A DNA stretch of 64,000 bases, taken from assembly GCA_044892525.1 (NCBI GenBank), contig CM097885.1, forward strand, positions 27,592,001-27,656,000, written 5' to 3'. Below the pieces are notes generated by a model, which did no database searches, was not told the origin of the DNA, and saw only the letters and a list, made by a program, of their open reading frames with translations. This stretch comes from Schmidtea polychroa (taxonomy: Eukaryota). Below are positions 1 through 14,019 of this stretch, one piece after another. Each line of letters starts with the position of its first letter. The stretch's first letter is position 1. Made by a program: the position numbers and the translations under genes.

Positions 1-447
1 ATATGTTGCGTTAAGAATATCTCTAACCCAGTCAGTGACTACCGCTTCTTGTGAGAGGAATTTTAGTAAACTGAAGTTAATTAAAAATTACTTACGATCG
101 ACCCTCTCACAAGAGCGTTTATCTAATCTGTCAATTATATCTATGACATGACATAGTGCAGCAAATAGATTGTAATGATTTAATTGATGAATTTGCGAAA
201 AGAAGCAAGAAAAATATAATTTAAATAAATTTATGTTTTAATCTATTGTTTTTCATAAATATAAAATGAAATTAAAATTACGGACAGAAACAATTGAAAG
301 AATGATTATTTGGCATTTATTTATTGAAATTGTTACCAAACTTTTTTAAAAAATGAAAGAACAAGAGCATCAGAACTATCAGAGCTATAAAGGGGACCAA
401 ATTGAAAATTTTGCCCAGAGCCCACAACAAGATATTTACGGCTCCGG
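1..447 (+). mobile_element. 3' end of a degenerate hAT DNA transposon (dimerisation-domain remnant and probable right terminus)
   Basis: Translation from base 3 gives YVALRISLTQSVTTASCERNFSKLKLIKNYLRSTLSQERLSNLSIIS, the hAT C-terminal dimerisation motif, followed by stops. A GC-rich terminus-like end (TTTACGGCTCCGG) lies at about 435-447. Confidence 0.85.
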
Positions 448-1079
448 TTATACATGTGTATAGATTTTATTTTTTAGCCACTAATTTTAATTTTTGCACC
501 ACATTATATTGAAATTATGTTTTAAGAATACAGTAAAGAAGTTTTCAGTATTCAATTTTGTTTTCCTTAAATCATAAATAATTTATGATAATAATAATAA
601 TTTTCACTTTATTTACTGAATACAAGCATTTCAGGTAAAAATGTGTTGGGTTACATTACCATTTTGAAGATAAATAAACGAATAACAATAATAAAACCGG
701 GATAGTAACAGCATTTTAAGAGGGAAAAAATACTATAAAAACAAATGACTTTCTCAAATACAATTTTTTTCCAAGTAAACCTCAAAATTGTAAATATTTA
801 CCACTGCTTGCTAATGTGTGCCATTTTTATGGAAATGTAAAATACATAGTAGAAATAATCTGTTTTAACAAGAAAATTATATTCCGATTTAAAATAATAA
901 ATACCCGCAAATCAATTTAATGTTAATTATATTTTATTATAAATTTCGATCTTTTATCTATATTAAATATTTTTATCAGAAAATCAATTCCAAAATCATT
1001 ATTACATCTAAATAGATAATTTTCTATGTACCAATGTATGACTGTAATGCTATTTAATTATTTTTTAGTTATTGTTGTT

Positions 1080-3200
1080 TTTATAAAAAGTTTCTACGTG
1101 TTTTATATAAATATTTTGAATATAAAAATACCATTTTAGAATAGAATTACCCGTTTTGATTTATATACTGCTGGGACATAAAACTAACCAATTATATGAA
1201 GTCGAAATATAAACATGAAAAAACGGTCATTATATATCTAGTTAAATCTTTAAATTACTAATAAGGAAGGGAAATGTTGCAAATTGAGGAGGAAATGACA
1301 ACAAAAATGGAAAGTAGAAAGGATAAATAAAGAAGTGTCGATTGGTCGTTGGAGTAAATAATCAAATCAAAGCTATTACAATATTCCTAAATTTAATTTA
1401 TGACTTTGAACTTTTTGAACACGCAAATCTCCAGAGGACTAAATAACACATAACCAGTCACCCGATCGTGTTGAAATTTGACAAATAGACTCATTTTCAG
1501 TGGCTGTGTATTTTATTAAGTTTTGGTGTCACATATACATATACACATAGAAGTTGTGTATCTCAAACTTGAATCTTTAACGACATATTGAATTTTTAAA
1601 TTAAGATTATACAAATTTAAAGATGATTTCAAACAATTTGACAAATAAAGGATTTATACCAAGAAAAACAAAGAAAAATGGAAGTAAAAAGAATAAATAC
1701 AGGAACATCAGTATCGATTGGCATTTGAAATAAATAAGGAGGATGTGGAAAAGTATTATAACTTTCTTAAATTTATTTTATAGGTTTTCTAAATAATATT
1801 ATACGAACTTCTTTCGATTTTCACCTCTGATTTCTTTTCAGTTAGGATTATATTTATAAAAAAATCGACTATGAATTAGTAAAGATATCGATATCTTGAA
1901 TTAAATATAATAAATACAATTTTTAAATAATGTTGACATTTTTTAACTTTATTTGAAAATTATATTTACACTTCCTTTAAAATTGAAAATATTACACTTT
2001 TATAGATTGGATTATCTTTTAAGTTTCCATTCAATCTCGAGCATATCCTAAATCAACTCTGGCATTATTCTATATAAAAGTTTCTCTGTGTTTATAGAAA
2101 TATTTTGAATACAAAAATAGCTTTTAAGAATATAATTAATCGTTTTGATTCGTATACTGCTGAGACATAAAAATAACCAATTAACTATAGCGGAAATTTA
2201 ATCATGAAAAAAACCGTCATTATATAGCTGGTCAAATCCTTAAATTACTAATTCAGAAAGATGGAAAATGTTGCAAATTGAAAGGGAAATGAAAACAAAG
2301 AAAAATGAAAGTAGAAAGAATAAATCAGTATTGATTGGTTGTTGGAGAAAATAAGGAGGATATGGGAAAGTATTAAACATTTAAGAACTTGTTTAGATTT
2401 TCACCTCTGATTTCTTTCCAATTGACATTGTATTTATAAAAAGCTTGACTATGGATCAGTAAATTATCGATTTTTTTATATCTTTACTGATTTATAGTCA
2501 ATTTTTTTTATAAATATAATTTTGACAATTTTGAACTTTATTTGAAAATTATATTTACACTTCCTTTAAAATTGAAAATATTACACTTTTATAGATTGGA
2601 TTATCTTTTAAGTTTCCATTCAATCTCGAGCATATCCTAAATCAACTCTGTCATTATTCTATATAAAAGTTTCACCGTGTTTATAGAAATATTTTGAATA
2701 CAAAAATAGCTTTTAATAATATAATTATCCGTTTTGATTCATACACTGCTGGGACATGAAAATAACCAATTAACTAAAGCTGAAATTTATTATATAGCTG
2801 GTCAAATCCTTAAATTACTAATTCAGAAAGATGGAAAATGTTGCAAATTGTAATGGAAATGAAAACAAAGAAAAATGAAAGTAGAAAGAATAAATAAAGG
2901 AACATCAGTATCGATTGGTTGTTGGAGTAAATAAGGAGGATATGGAAAAGTATTACAAGTATAAGAACTTCTTTCGATTTTCACCTGATTTCTTTCCAAT
3001 TGAGATTGTATTTATAAAAGGTTTGACTATGAATCAGTAAATTATCGATTTTTTTTATATATTTACTAATTTATAGTCAATTTTTTTATAAATATAATTT
3101 TGACATTTTACCTTTATTTGAAAATTATATTTACACTTCCTTTAAAATTGAAAATATTACACATATAAAGCATTTATAGATTCCATTCAATCTCGAGCAT
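1080..3200. repeat. Tandem repeat of about 580-590 bp (two close copies plus a diverged, interrupted copy) inside the GANAB intron
   Basis: TTATTTGAAAATTATATTTACACTTCCTTTAAAATTGAAAATATTACAC recurs at about 1948, 2537 and 3113. Diverged matches occur at 1080-1390 and 1660-1940. Confidence 0.85.
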
Positions 3201-3950
3201 ATCATTAAAGAATATACATTCATAATTATCAGCATGATTAGATATAGAATAGTATCGGTAGAACAAATATTACTCTACTAATAGTAAACTATTGATCGGA
3301 AAGTTTGTTAAAATCAGAACCTAATGAGTTTGTATTACAAAAAATGAAACAATATCGATTTAATTTGAAAAGAAATAAAGATAGAGAAAAGGATGCTACG
3401 GAAATAAAAGAAAATTTTGAGACGTTTAAAGGAAGTTTCGGTTTGAGGTTTTAAATGAGTAGCTCAACAGATGAATATTAACCAACTCCGATATTTATTA
3501 AGCTTGGATTTTCACGGATATAGTAAAAGATTCGAAAAGTGTCAATATATAATGAAACTAAAATCGACCAATGGGAATCGTTTTACAGGGATTCTGAAAT
3601 TTTATTATTGGTTTTCGACTACTTTTTTCATCAACATTTACAAACTTTATATTTATAGAAAGGTTATCGTCTCTTTTGGTTTATTTATATCATCGGGTTC
3701 TTTGGGGAGGGAGTTGAGAGGGGGGGGTGGTTAAGGACCCAATAAAGCAATCCTTTAGTTTCCTGTAATCAGTAAGGAAATAACAAAGCGTAATTTGTTC
3801 CCTTTCAATATTAATATTGATTATCTATTAAATTATTGATTTTCCCCTGTTATTTTATGGATTATCTAATTTCCAATAGAATTTACATATATTAATCGAA
3901 ATTTATGGCAATTAATGGTTAGAAATAATTAACTAAATAGATTTATTTAC

Positions 3951-5607
3951 CTTTTCCATTGTGATTTCGGGGCCACTGAATACCGACGGTTCCCCCATAT
4001 CGTTCCAGGAAAACGTGTTATTAGCTCGACTGGCTTCATAGGTCAGGAAATGCTTCGAGTACCATTCTCGTACCCGTGGCTCGATGAAATCTGGCCACAC
4101 ACTCGAGCCAGGCCAGCACCAGCCTTCATAGACTGTACTGCCATCGGATTTCTTGATGTATGCGTCAACACTCAGTCCATCCTCGTACAATGACCATCCG
4201 CTGACCCTTTTCACGTGTGGATCGATTACTGTCACCAGCTTTCTGGCTTTGACATCGAGATTGTCGACCATTTCGTTTGGATTTGGGAATCGGATTTTAT
4301 CCCAGGTGAAATACTTCTTATCCTCGGTATGCTCGATATCGAGCCAAATAACATCATAGGGCAAATCGTTCTCATCCATTTGCCGATCGACAGATTCTAC
4401 ATCCTTCTGGTCATTGTAATTCCATCGGCATTGGTGATAGCCCAATGAGAATAGTGGCGGTAACGGAGTCGTTCCTGTCAACTGGCCGTAATATTTGAAC
4501 ACTTCCGATGGCGTCTCCCCCATCATGAGGAATAAATCGATAACTCCGGTTTCTGACATCCAATGCGTATCAACTTTGGCTTTGATTTCTGTCCGCTTTA
4601 CGAAATTGAGAATTTTATTGAATGTATTCAGACTTTCCAAGCTCGAATGGACATCGATCCAAGTTTCAGTAGGATTGTTCCAGAATATTCCCACAGTTTC
4701 ATTTTCATTATGACCCCACATCAATGGCACTGATCCGTACAATGCCATTGGATTGTTAATCTCATATTCAAATACGTCGAGATTGTACAATCGGTAAGGA
4801 TCAGTTCCTTCAGTATTTCGTAGGGCAAATTTATCGGCATGTTCTGGAATTCCATACACATATTGAAATCCAGGTAAACTAATATCCAATCCGACTGATG
4901 TCAAACCAAACGGACGACTGTCTGTGTGAGATTTGAACTGTTCACTCGATGAATGTTCTTCTGGTTCAACGTGCTCGGTTTTTGGTTCTTCTCTATTTTC
5001 ATCTGTATTATTAGGTGCATTTTCTTCTGTCGATTCTGGTTTGGGTGATTTCACTTTCGTTGTTTCAAATTTAAATAAATTTCTTGAATTAACACTAATT
5101 AGAGGAACATCCTTTAAATACATGTCCAATTTAAATGGATTCATATACAATATGGCTTTCTCGTCGTCATTTCCTTTTATTAAAATCATGTTATTTTCTG
5201 TGTCTTTGCTAATTATAAATGCATCTTCAATCGGCTCAGAAACTAAAACATCACCAATAGATGGTTCGAATCTTTTTCTAATGGGAAATTTTTCTGAAAT
5301 TTTTAATCTAAATAGATGTCCTTTCAACTTGTATAAATCCATAAAATAATGAGTATTTTCATTTTTACAATAAATTTCACTAATTAGTTTGGTTGGTTGT
5401 ACAATAATGGTATCCGGATTAACTACACAATTACCATCAATAGGTTGATATTCTCTTTGCCTTTTACAAAAACTAAACAACATTTATAACGAAATTATAC
5501 TATAAATATAATAACCTGCTCTGACTGCACGTTTTGAAATTGGATCTATCAACTGCCAAAGAAAAGGTTGTAATATAAATTAAAATAAAAGTGAAATTCC
5601 AAAGCAT
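3951..5607 (-). CDS. GANAB: Neutral alpha-glucosidase AB / glucosidase II alpha subunit (GH31), exons 1-2; remaining exons are presumed to lie left of the window
   Basis: Exon 1 5607-5516 encodes signal peptide plus AVDRSNFKTCSQSS. A 43-nt GT-AG intron spans 5515-5473. Exon 2 5472-3951 contains FCKRQR, YGIPEHA, DPYRLYNLDVFEY, GYHQCRWNY, DVIWLDIEH and the catalytic WNDMGEPSVF, then a GTAAAT donor at 3950. I found no C-terminal exon in 1-3950. Confidence 0.95.
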
Positions 5608-5989
5608 TGTTTAACAATAATTTTTAATTAAAAATTAAATGATGCGCTTACACCTAATACAAAATAAGTAAGTCTACTAATTTAAAAAATGATTACGTAT
5701 TAACAATGACAGATAAATATTTCTTTATTTTAATAATTATAATTAACATTATTATTTAAATAAAAAATGATGTTAATTACAATAATTTTTTCTATTTTCT
5801 TTTTCAATTTACCGAAAAAATTAAATTATTTCAAATTATTTAAATTTTTTTGAAATAATTTTGATAGATCATTGTATCATACATAACTATTATTCTTCAT
5901 TTTTAGAATTTATTAAAAAATCTAATATGACATATTAGATATAATAAGTTTGTTTAATTATTTCAACTTAAAGTAAATTTAAATTCCAA
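5608..5989. promoter_or_regulatory. Putative bidirectional promoter region between GANAB and RBM8A
   Basis: The two start codons (5607 minus, 5990 plus) diverge 382 bp apart. Confidence 0.6.
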
Positions 5990-6690
5990 ATGGCTGATGC
6001 TGAAAAAGAAGAAACTGTTATGGACATTGATGGGGACGGTATATTTTTACAATTTTTATAAGCTTTTGAGTAAAATATTTTTAGAAAAAATAATTGAGTT
6101 AAAAGAAAATGTTAAAAGTAGAAAAGGAAGAGGGTTTGAAAGCGGTAATATATATTTAATATTTTTGATTATTTTAATTTATCGATAGAACAGCGACATG
6201 ATCGTAATACTAAATTCGAGGCACTAAGTGATAATGATGATGTTACTGGACCTGGTCCCCAGAGATGTATGAATTATTAGAAATTTCAAATATAATTAAA
6301 TTTTTAGCTGTTGAGGGATGGATTATTTTTATTCGTAATATTCATGAAGAAGCAACTGAGGAAGATGTTAGAGATAAATTTTCAGAGTTTGGAGAAATCA
6401 AAAATTTACATATGAATTTTGATAGGCGAACTGGTTACATAAAGGTAAATAAATAAAAATAATTTTGATAAATTAATATAAAATAGGGATATGTTTTAAT
6501 TGAATATGAAACATTTGCTGAGGCTCAGAATGCTTTAAAAACAATGAATGGAGCTGAAATGTATGGCGAAAAGGTTAATGTTGATTGGGCATTTGTTAAA
6601 GGGCCAAATATGAAATCTATTTCTAAGAAAAAGAAAAGTACTAATAAAACTCGCAGTAGAAGTAGATCTGCTGAACATAAAAGGCATTAA
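5990..6690 (+). CDS. RBM8A: RNA-binding protein 8A (Y14/tsunagi), exon junction complex core; 5 exons
   Basis: Exons 5990-6038, 6085-6144, 6189-6266, 6308-6444 and 6487-6690, with 41-46 nt GT-AG introns, splice in frame to [72 protein letters not shown]. Confidence 0.97.
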
Positions 6691-7632
6691 TTTAAATATA
6701 ATATTGTTTACTATTTTGTTTTCTCTTTGGTTGAACTTTTTTAAAGATGTTTCCATTTGATGCAATTGAAGTGATTAGTGTGACTAAATTGTACGATAAT
6801 CTAAGGGAAATTGGTTATTCTCTGTTATATAAGTTTGTAATGCAGTAAGGAATTAAGTGAATCAATTTTGCACAAGGATTGTGAAGACTAATTTAAATAC
6901 CCAACAATAAATATGTTAAAGACATTCATTGTCAGAAGTGTTTTCCACTTGGGAGCGGTGCAGTTGATTAAAGGAACAATGGAGTACATTATTCAGAGTT
7001 CTATCTCATACTGTTGATTTATCCATAGAAACGGGTTATATTTGTGTTTAGATGACCACTTGTCGATGAAACTTGAGTTTTCTTTCGTTGGATATGGCAC
7101 TCATGTTACCTTTCCAGCATATGACTTTTTTGGGTTCAATTGAATATACATCGAAACTTGACTATTCATTTTCTACACCAAATACAAATAAAGTTATTGA
7201 CTAGTGATGAATATCACTTCATTGATTCGAGTCTTGACAGTTTTCTGTGGGACGTAGAATTTTGTCCGACCTTAAATCGAATAAATTTTAATTAAAAAAT
7301 ATTCAACTAAAGTCCTAGGATTACCCATTTTCCATTTGATATTTTCAATCTTACAAGAATTTAAATAAAGTTTTCTATTAGGATAACCTAACTTTTCTTT
7401 AATTGTACCCTTCAAATACAGAAACATTGACGGTGAGAAATTATTTAAAGATCCACATTGATCAAATCTTCACCCGCATGAATTATAGTTTAATGATAAA
7501 GTGCTGACAAATGTTGCAAGTAATACGGTAATGTAAGGAAAAGGAAAGTGCGCGTGATAACCAACCAGAATTTGTTGATAATTAGTTGCGCTGTGATGTT
7601 ACGATGAAATTTCTTAAGAATTCACTTTTAGA

Positions 7633-8435
7633 ATGTGTGAGCCAAATCTGCCGCCGAAGAGTTTTCAACCATGTTTTTCTTGTGCAGATAAAAACGCAGA
7701 TATCAAGAAACTCCGAGAATACAACGGGGCACTTAAAAAACAAATCGAATATTATGAGTGTACGTGGTTCTCCCCACCACAAATGAAAGAAGAGAGGACA
7801 AAAATACAGCGGCTGGAGCACTGTTGAGACAGCCTCCCAGAAGAAAGCCGATTTCAACGTTTGATAATCAAAGCCCAGTCTGAGGCTCTACATAAAGTGT
7901 ATTCAGAGGCGGAAATTCAGCGAAGAGTTCGGGAATACCCTATAAAAAATGGGACCAACGTATTTCCCGTTCATCATCAGGAAGGAGAGTCTCAAGTGAT
8001 AAAGTTCAGTTGTAGCGGACATGGAAGTCAGTTTCCACCTCTCGTAGACACAATTCTATCCGGGTCGTCCAAGACAAAAAGTACATCTCTGACACCTACA
8101 GGAACCGTCAATACATCGATATCTACTTTCAATGCTGATCATTCTATCTCATCTATCAAGAAGCGAAAGCGCCCCTCGCGGGCTGAGAAAAATCAAAAGC
8201 TCTGGAGGCATCCCTGTTCGCCGCTCAATCTTCCAAGGAACGAGTTTTAACGGTTAAAGTAGCAATTCCGACCGACGATTTCCGAATAATTTCTACAGAA
8301 ATATCTGACATTCGAAGAGATGCCCGGCTACAGGTAGACATCGACGCCCTGTTAGCCGATGCTAACGAAATATATAGTGAAAAAGATGTACGAATGGCGA
8401 TTTTTATTAATAAAGTCTTTATCGTGTTTATTTAA
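7633..8435 (+). pseudogene. Disrupted copy of an unidentified coiled-coil/basic protein family (paralogue of 12170 ORF)
   Basis: Collinear with the 12170 ORF (PCFSCADKNADI, TWFSPPQMKEER, IKAQSEALHKVY, KRKRP..EKNQK). It has an in-frame TGA at 7825-7827 and a frameshift near 8200. Confidence 0.75.
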
Positions 8436-11400
8436 GTATAAAATATAAAAATTGATAAATTTAAGGTACTTGCTTCAATCATAAAAATCAATACCTAAAT
8501 GTTATATTCATTTAAAATTAATCAAGAAAAATAATCTAATAAAATTAGTCAATGAGAGAGAACGAATTAGTTTTAGAAACAAAATTTTTATTGATATAAC
8601 GCTATAATACAAATGATACAAAATCAAAATCGATCATAAAAATACACAATTAATATTGCACTTACGAGTAGTACGATTTGATCCTGTTCATATAAATCCA
8701 AAGAAATAATAATGTTAACTCCGAAGCTTTTCTTAAAAGTTTGGAAGTGGTGTTAGAAGATTTAGCAATAAGTTCATTTAACCCTTATCTTGCCACAAAA
8801 TTTTACACCTTCATCTGGCCAACTAACTACATTTTGTAGTTCCCTGTAATTTAGGATTTAACTAACATTTTATTCTTAAAATTTCTCATCTCTGCCCAGT
8901 GGTGGTTATTTCCCCTCTCCCGTCCCAATAATCGTGATGCAAGTTTCCCCTTATTTTAAAATTTTTATTTCGACTCATATATTTTTCTAAACTTCCTTAT
9001 TTATCTCTCCCCTTATTTTTTCAATAGCTTAAGTAGCGCCGTTGCCCTCCCCTAGTAAGACGCTTCTGTCGCTATCTAAAATGTTCTAAAAAGTTCTAAA
9101 TGTCATTTTATTAAAGGTAGAAGCGAGGATGGAATTTATTAAATGTACAGCTTTTGATATTGTTGGGCTAAAATTTGAAGTGGAGAAAACTGGATCAAAT
9201 AGGGAAGCGAACCTCGAAAAATAAACGAAATATGATAAAAAATAAATTTCCGCCAAATCTCAGTATTAAATAGAGAGAAAACAATAAAATACCAATAAAA
9301 GAAATAGGAATAAGTAACCAAAATAAATAAAACCCAATAAACCCCCTAAGATTTGGAAATAAAACAAAAGGGAAATGATTTAAGGCACACAGCGGATAAA
9401 GTAGAAATAGTATAAGCAAAAAAGTGAGAAAAATAAACGAGAAATTAAAGAAATAAATAAAAAATAAAACCATCTTTAAGTCTAATTAAAACAAAAAAAT
9501 ATATTACAATAAAATAGCAATAAGTCCGCAGAAAAAATAGGAGAAAAAATAAGAAAAATAAGAAAATAAATAAAATAATAATAAGAAATAAGTTAAGTCA
9601 TTAAAATCTAATATATTATAATAAAAAACATAAAAATAATAATAAATAACAAAATCACAAACAAGTCATGTCCTGATTGGACGAAAAATAATATATAAGG
9701 AACGGAAAATATCTGTAGAGTACCACTTTTCAAAAATACTCTACAGGTAAAATTTTATTTATTATTGACAACTTTTCAAAAATACTCTACAGACTTTACA
9801 GATTTCGGAACCTTTAACTACAGCGGACTAGTTCAGAGATTTCAAAACTAAATCTAGAAAGGAATACTTAGTGACTAGCGACAAATTCATTCAGGACAAA
9901 TTCTAAATTCAATCAATTTAATCCAGCTTTCGAAACTTGAGGTATGTTGAGTTGTTTATGGTTATTAGTTTAATTTAGTAAATCTTTGTAAAAATAATAA
10001 AAACTAATTTCATGCAATAAATTTATTTAAACAAAAACAGCCTTTCTTCATGGTGCCGGCGACTCTACCATCTGGGAGCTTCAAGTATGATGTGGACGAG
10101 CAAGAGGTATGCCACGGGTGAGAGCACGGCCGCGAGGAGTTTTCATAATATGCATCCAGAAAATGTTGAAAAGGAATTAGATTCTTAGAGAATGCGATAA
10201 TGGTCGATGAGATGTTCATCAATGTTGTGATCAAACGTGCGATTGTATGGAAAAGAGACATCATACTTGGAGCCCAAATGATATGGTCACCGGGTAAATT
10301 TGATTTATTCATTTGCTCATTATTATTGTTTTATCATTATAAATTGTGCACAAATTAGCGATTTATTAAATGCGAATGCGTTGATTGGTCCCTCATGACG
10401 GTGCAAGAACGGCGGCAGAAATGAATGCCTTCTTGGGTGTGTCATGAGGGGTGAAGAGATTCAGTAGGTTGAAATCCAGTTGAGAAGTGAAATTTCCTTC
10501 ACCAAGCGCGATCGTTCATAGAGTACCATCGTTTCATGCAGTCACATCGAGATTTCCAATAGTTGTGAAGTTGATTTAAATTCCAAAAAAGGGGACATTT
10601 CAGATTGAGATCGGAAATTCTTTATCATCGAAAGACTTCTTTCCGTTGAGCACCGGCAGTTATCTGAGTTGAGACGGGTAGTAATATACCAGAGTTTTCA
10701 GAAATAGTTTGAATTAAGAAGCATCATCACAGCGTCGTCGGTAGAAGATTTAGAATTGAGATCGATTTCTTCTTATACATCTTAAACGAATCGTCGGACA
10801 TCAGTTTATTTAGGTCGTTTCTTTCGCAAAATTAACGAGATTTCATGTTAGTCTTCACAAATTAATTTCTGAGGATGCGCACTGCCAGGGCATTGGCGAG
10901 TAGATCCATTAGTTGCCTTTACTCAGCTCTAGTTTGACGTGATTATCAGATAGTGCTTAGCCTGACATCGATAACGGCTCGCCCTAAAATAGGAAAGTAA
11001 ACATTTTCCGATAATGAGACGAATTACTTGTCATGAGCCCGAGAGAAACTGTCAACAGCGATAGGAAAAATCATCAGCTTGTTCTGTAGGCAGATAAATT
11101 TTCGACATAGTAGATCGGCCATAATAATCTGATAAGGACTCCAGTACATTGAGCGTGGGAGGTAGTCGTCGAGTAGCTGAGTGGACTGTCTCTATCAGAA
11201 TGTCAACACAATGGAGAAAAATCTGAAATTAAAAATTAATTTTATCGATTAGGATCGCGAACAACTTACGCCATAGGAGTTAAGAGTCTTCTAGAATATT
11301 ACGCCAATTTCAGACGTGTCTGAAAGATCTGCCCGAGATGTTATGTGAGCAAATTATCGAGCACCACGACAGGCATGTGTCGCACCGACTCGAATTTTAT

Positions 11401-12169
11401 AGAGAAAATTAACATCGCGATTACATAATCACGTCAAGGGAAATCTCGAGGTTGTGTGTACAAGTGAATAGACTGCGTCATCGGAAAATAGCTGGACTAC
11501 TAAAAGTATAAAAAGCACAGCGTATCGTTTTATAGTACAAGCATGCATCGCAATGCTTTAGGCCATATTCATCGTTCAAGCAGATGACAATATTTATTCA
11601 CAACCGCGTACTGTTCAGCGTCGTCATGACAATCTTACGGCGAAAAATTTAAATTAAAAATTATAATTTACGCTAGAAGTTTAAATAAATGTATTCTGAT
11701 TTCCTTTTAAATCCGATCGGCCTTAGCATAACGTAAAGAGGCCTCTGCAATGCGGAATTTTTTCTTTCATAATATTACGCATGCCTAATTTCATAGAACT
11801 TAGTAGCGAGGAACAAAACTATAATCATTAGATAATAAGAAATATAATAAAGATGTTAGAATTTACAGTAATCGATTGATAAAGTGTATTAGGGAAAAAT
11901 AGTCAAACCCGAAAAATAAACCGATCATTGAAGTTATGATAAATGAATTTTGTCTAGAATTCCCGTTTTCCTCTCATAAAATTGCAAGGATCGAGTGAGT
12001 TAGCTTGAATGTTTGAGATTGAATGAATGTGAGTATTGACCAACGGTACGGATTTGTAGATCCCTACCGAATAGCTTGATTGAGAAAATTATAAATCTCG
12101 TATTCGAAAATGTAAATGACACTCCAGCGAATTTTTCCAGTTTAAAATAAAAATTTCTTAAATCTTTAG

Positions 12170-12937
12170 ATGAATACACCAACCAGTTCTGGGAAAAATC
12201 TTCGTCCTTGTTTCTCCTGCGCCGATAAAAATGCGGATATCGCGCATCTCCATCTATACATCGGGGAATTGAAAAAGAGAATAGACCTCTATGAAGGGAC
12301 GTGGTTCTCCCCGCCACAAATGAAAGAAGAGCGGAGTAAAATCTTGAGATTAGAACATTGTCGCGACAGCCTCCTGGAGGAGAGCCGCTGTCAGAGACTG
12401 ACAATAAAGGCCCAGTCGGAAGCCCTCCACAAGGTGTATACGGAGGCGGAGCTGGAAAAACAAGTACGAGAGTTTCCCATTCAAGATAAAGCAAATGTTT
12501 TTCCCACTCACCATCAGTTATCCGAGTCGTCAAAGTCCAGCTGCAAGGGGCATGGCCCTCATCTGCCACCCATCCCAGCCCCAGTGCTTTCGGGTTACCA
12601 ACCAATGGCAGGTGGCTCTTCTGACCCCATCCTGGCCCCAATTCTTGTTGCGCCCGTCATAGAACCTTCAACAGGAAACGACCCGCCATCCCGAAAGAGG
12701 AAGCGACCAACCAGATCCGAAAAAAATCAAAAGCGTAGAAACGCGATGGCCGCCCTCGAAGCATCGTTGTCTGTGGCGAAATCGAGTGGCAAAGGAAATT
12801 TTCCGAGTAATCCCAGCCGAAGGGATAAAGTTCATCTCAGATCACCGGCTACCCGTCGACATCGACGAAATGATTGCCGAAGGGGAGGTATTCCCGTAAA
12901 GAACTCTTCCATCGGTCTCGGTTCCCCTGAATCATGA
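12170..12937 (+). CDS. Unidentified 255-aa ORF (CxxC, predicted coiled coil, NLS-like basic patch), probably mobile-element cargo and likely frameshifted near 12800
   Basis: Long ORF, more GC-rich than its surroundings. The protein is conserved with the 7633 copy despite many synonymous differences. The shared motif RLxVDID lies in another frame after about 12800. Confidence 0.6.
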   Translation: MNTPTSSGKNLRPCFSCADKNADIAHLHLYIGELKKRIDLYEGTWFSPPQMKEERSKILRLEHCRDSLLEESRCQRLTIKAQSEALHKVYTEAELEKQVREFPIQDKANVFPTHHQLSESSKSSCKGHGPHLPPIPAPVLSGYQPMAGGSSDPILAPILVAPVIEPSTGNDPPSRKRKRPTRSEKNQKRRNAMAALEASLSVAKSSGKGNFPSNPSRRDKVHLRSPATRRHRRNDCRRGGIPVKNSSIGLGSPES

Positions 12938-14019
12938 ACAATCTTGGAAATTTGACGATTTAGTGTGCATGATTCCTATTGTTCTGACATTATGTAAACA
13001 ATCGTGAATGTTTTTCTATGTTCTTTTAATATAATTGTTCGATTTCTTTGACTGTATTATTAGTGCGCGTGATTTCGTGATTGATTTGAATGAAAAAGTT
13101 ATCATGAAGGTACAACATGAGAGTAAAGGTCGTCCCTTTGGACCAGGGTCGGACTGAGTTATGTGTGTAGAGTTGGATAAGACCTTCTAAGGCACCATGG
13201 AACTCGAACCGAGAAGGGGTTAGGAGTAGTCCTAAGGCAAATTATTATATTTTCTAAGTAATTTCTTTTCACTATAGGCAATCAAATTGGATCAAATAAA
13301 TGTATTATTGGTGCGCTCAGAATTAATTTGAAACAATAAAGGGGCACGAAAATAAATTCAAAGAATTATTAAATTTTGAAATTGAGAGTCAATTTAATTT
13401 TCCTTACGAATGATGAACGATACAAGAAATTTGTTAGTAGTTTTGGGGTATTGCTCATTTGTAAGTTATCTTAATGGATTACTTTAGAATAAACGTGCAA
13501 CTGCGTAAATTCCTTGATGAACTATTTGACAAACAATTGTTAACTAGCTGACTATGCCCACCTCCTTTGAAAGAATACAGCTGAGAGTCCTTGGAGTTCA
13601 AGTCCCAACAACATCTGGTCGAGGTCTTCTTAGCATCATGAATGATATGACAGGTGTTTGTAGAAACCATCTTATCATCATGAATAATGTGACGTTTCCA
13701 GGTAGTGGACTTCTGGCACGAAGGCACTTAGAAAGAGTTTTGTAAACGTGTGATATTTATAGTGCTCGTGAAAATGAAGAAGATGCTGTTCCAGTTTCAC
13801 CTGAAATACAGACAGATGGTGCGGGTGATTCAGAGGCTATGATGGATTTCAATAATGATGAAGGCGATACTGAAGTATTTTTTGAAGACAGCAATGAGGA
13901 AGAAAGTGATGACGAAGAAAGTGATGACAATTATGCTTCTTCAAATGACAGTGAAGATGAACAAGAAGTATGTGACAATGTTGAGTGGTCTAAAAAAAAA
14001 TTTTCAAAAAATGTTTTAA

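Noticed and set aside
4153..5349. Plus-strand ORFs overlapping GANAB
   Set aside because: Antisense shadows of the long GANAB exon.
6700..7500. Possible minus-strand exons convergent with RBM8A (also 8665-8845)
   Set aside because: Splice-like signals are present but no consistent open frame or known motif could be assembled.
8897..9068. Possible hAT-type MITE (CAG..CTG ends)
   Set aside because: The terminal match is weak and the flanking 8-mers do not form a TSD.
10000..11275. GC-richer segment with minus-strand splice-like signals, divergent from the 12170 ORF
   Set aside because: All frames I tried have frequent stops and no recognisable motif. It may be a decayed gene but I cannot support a call.
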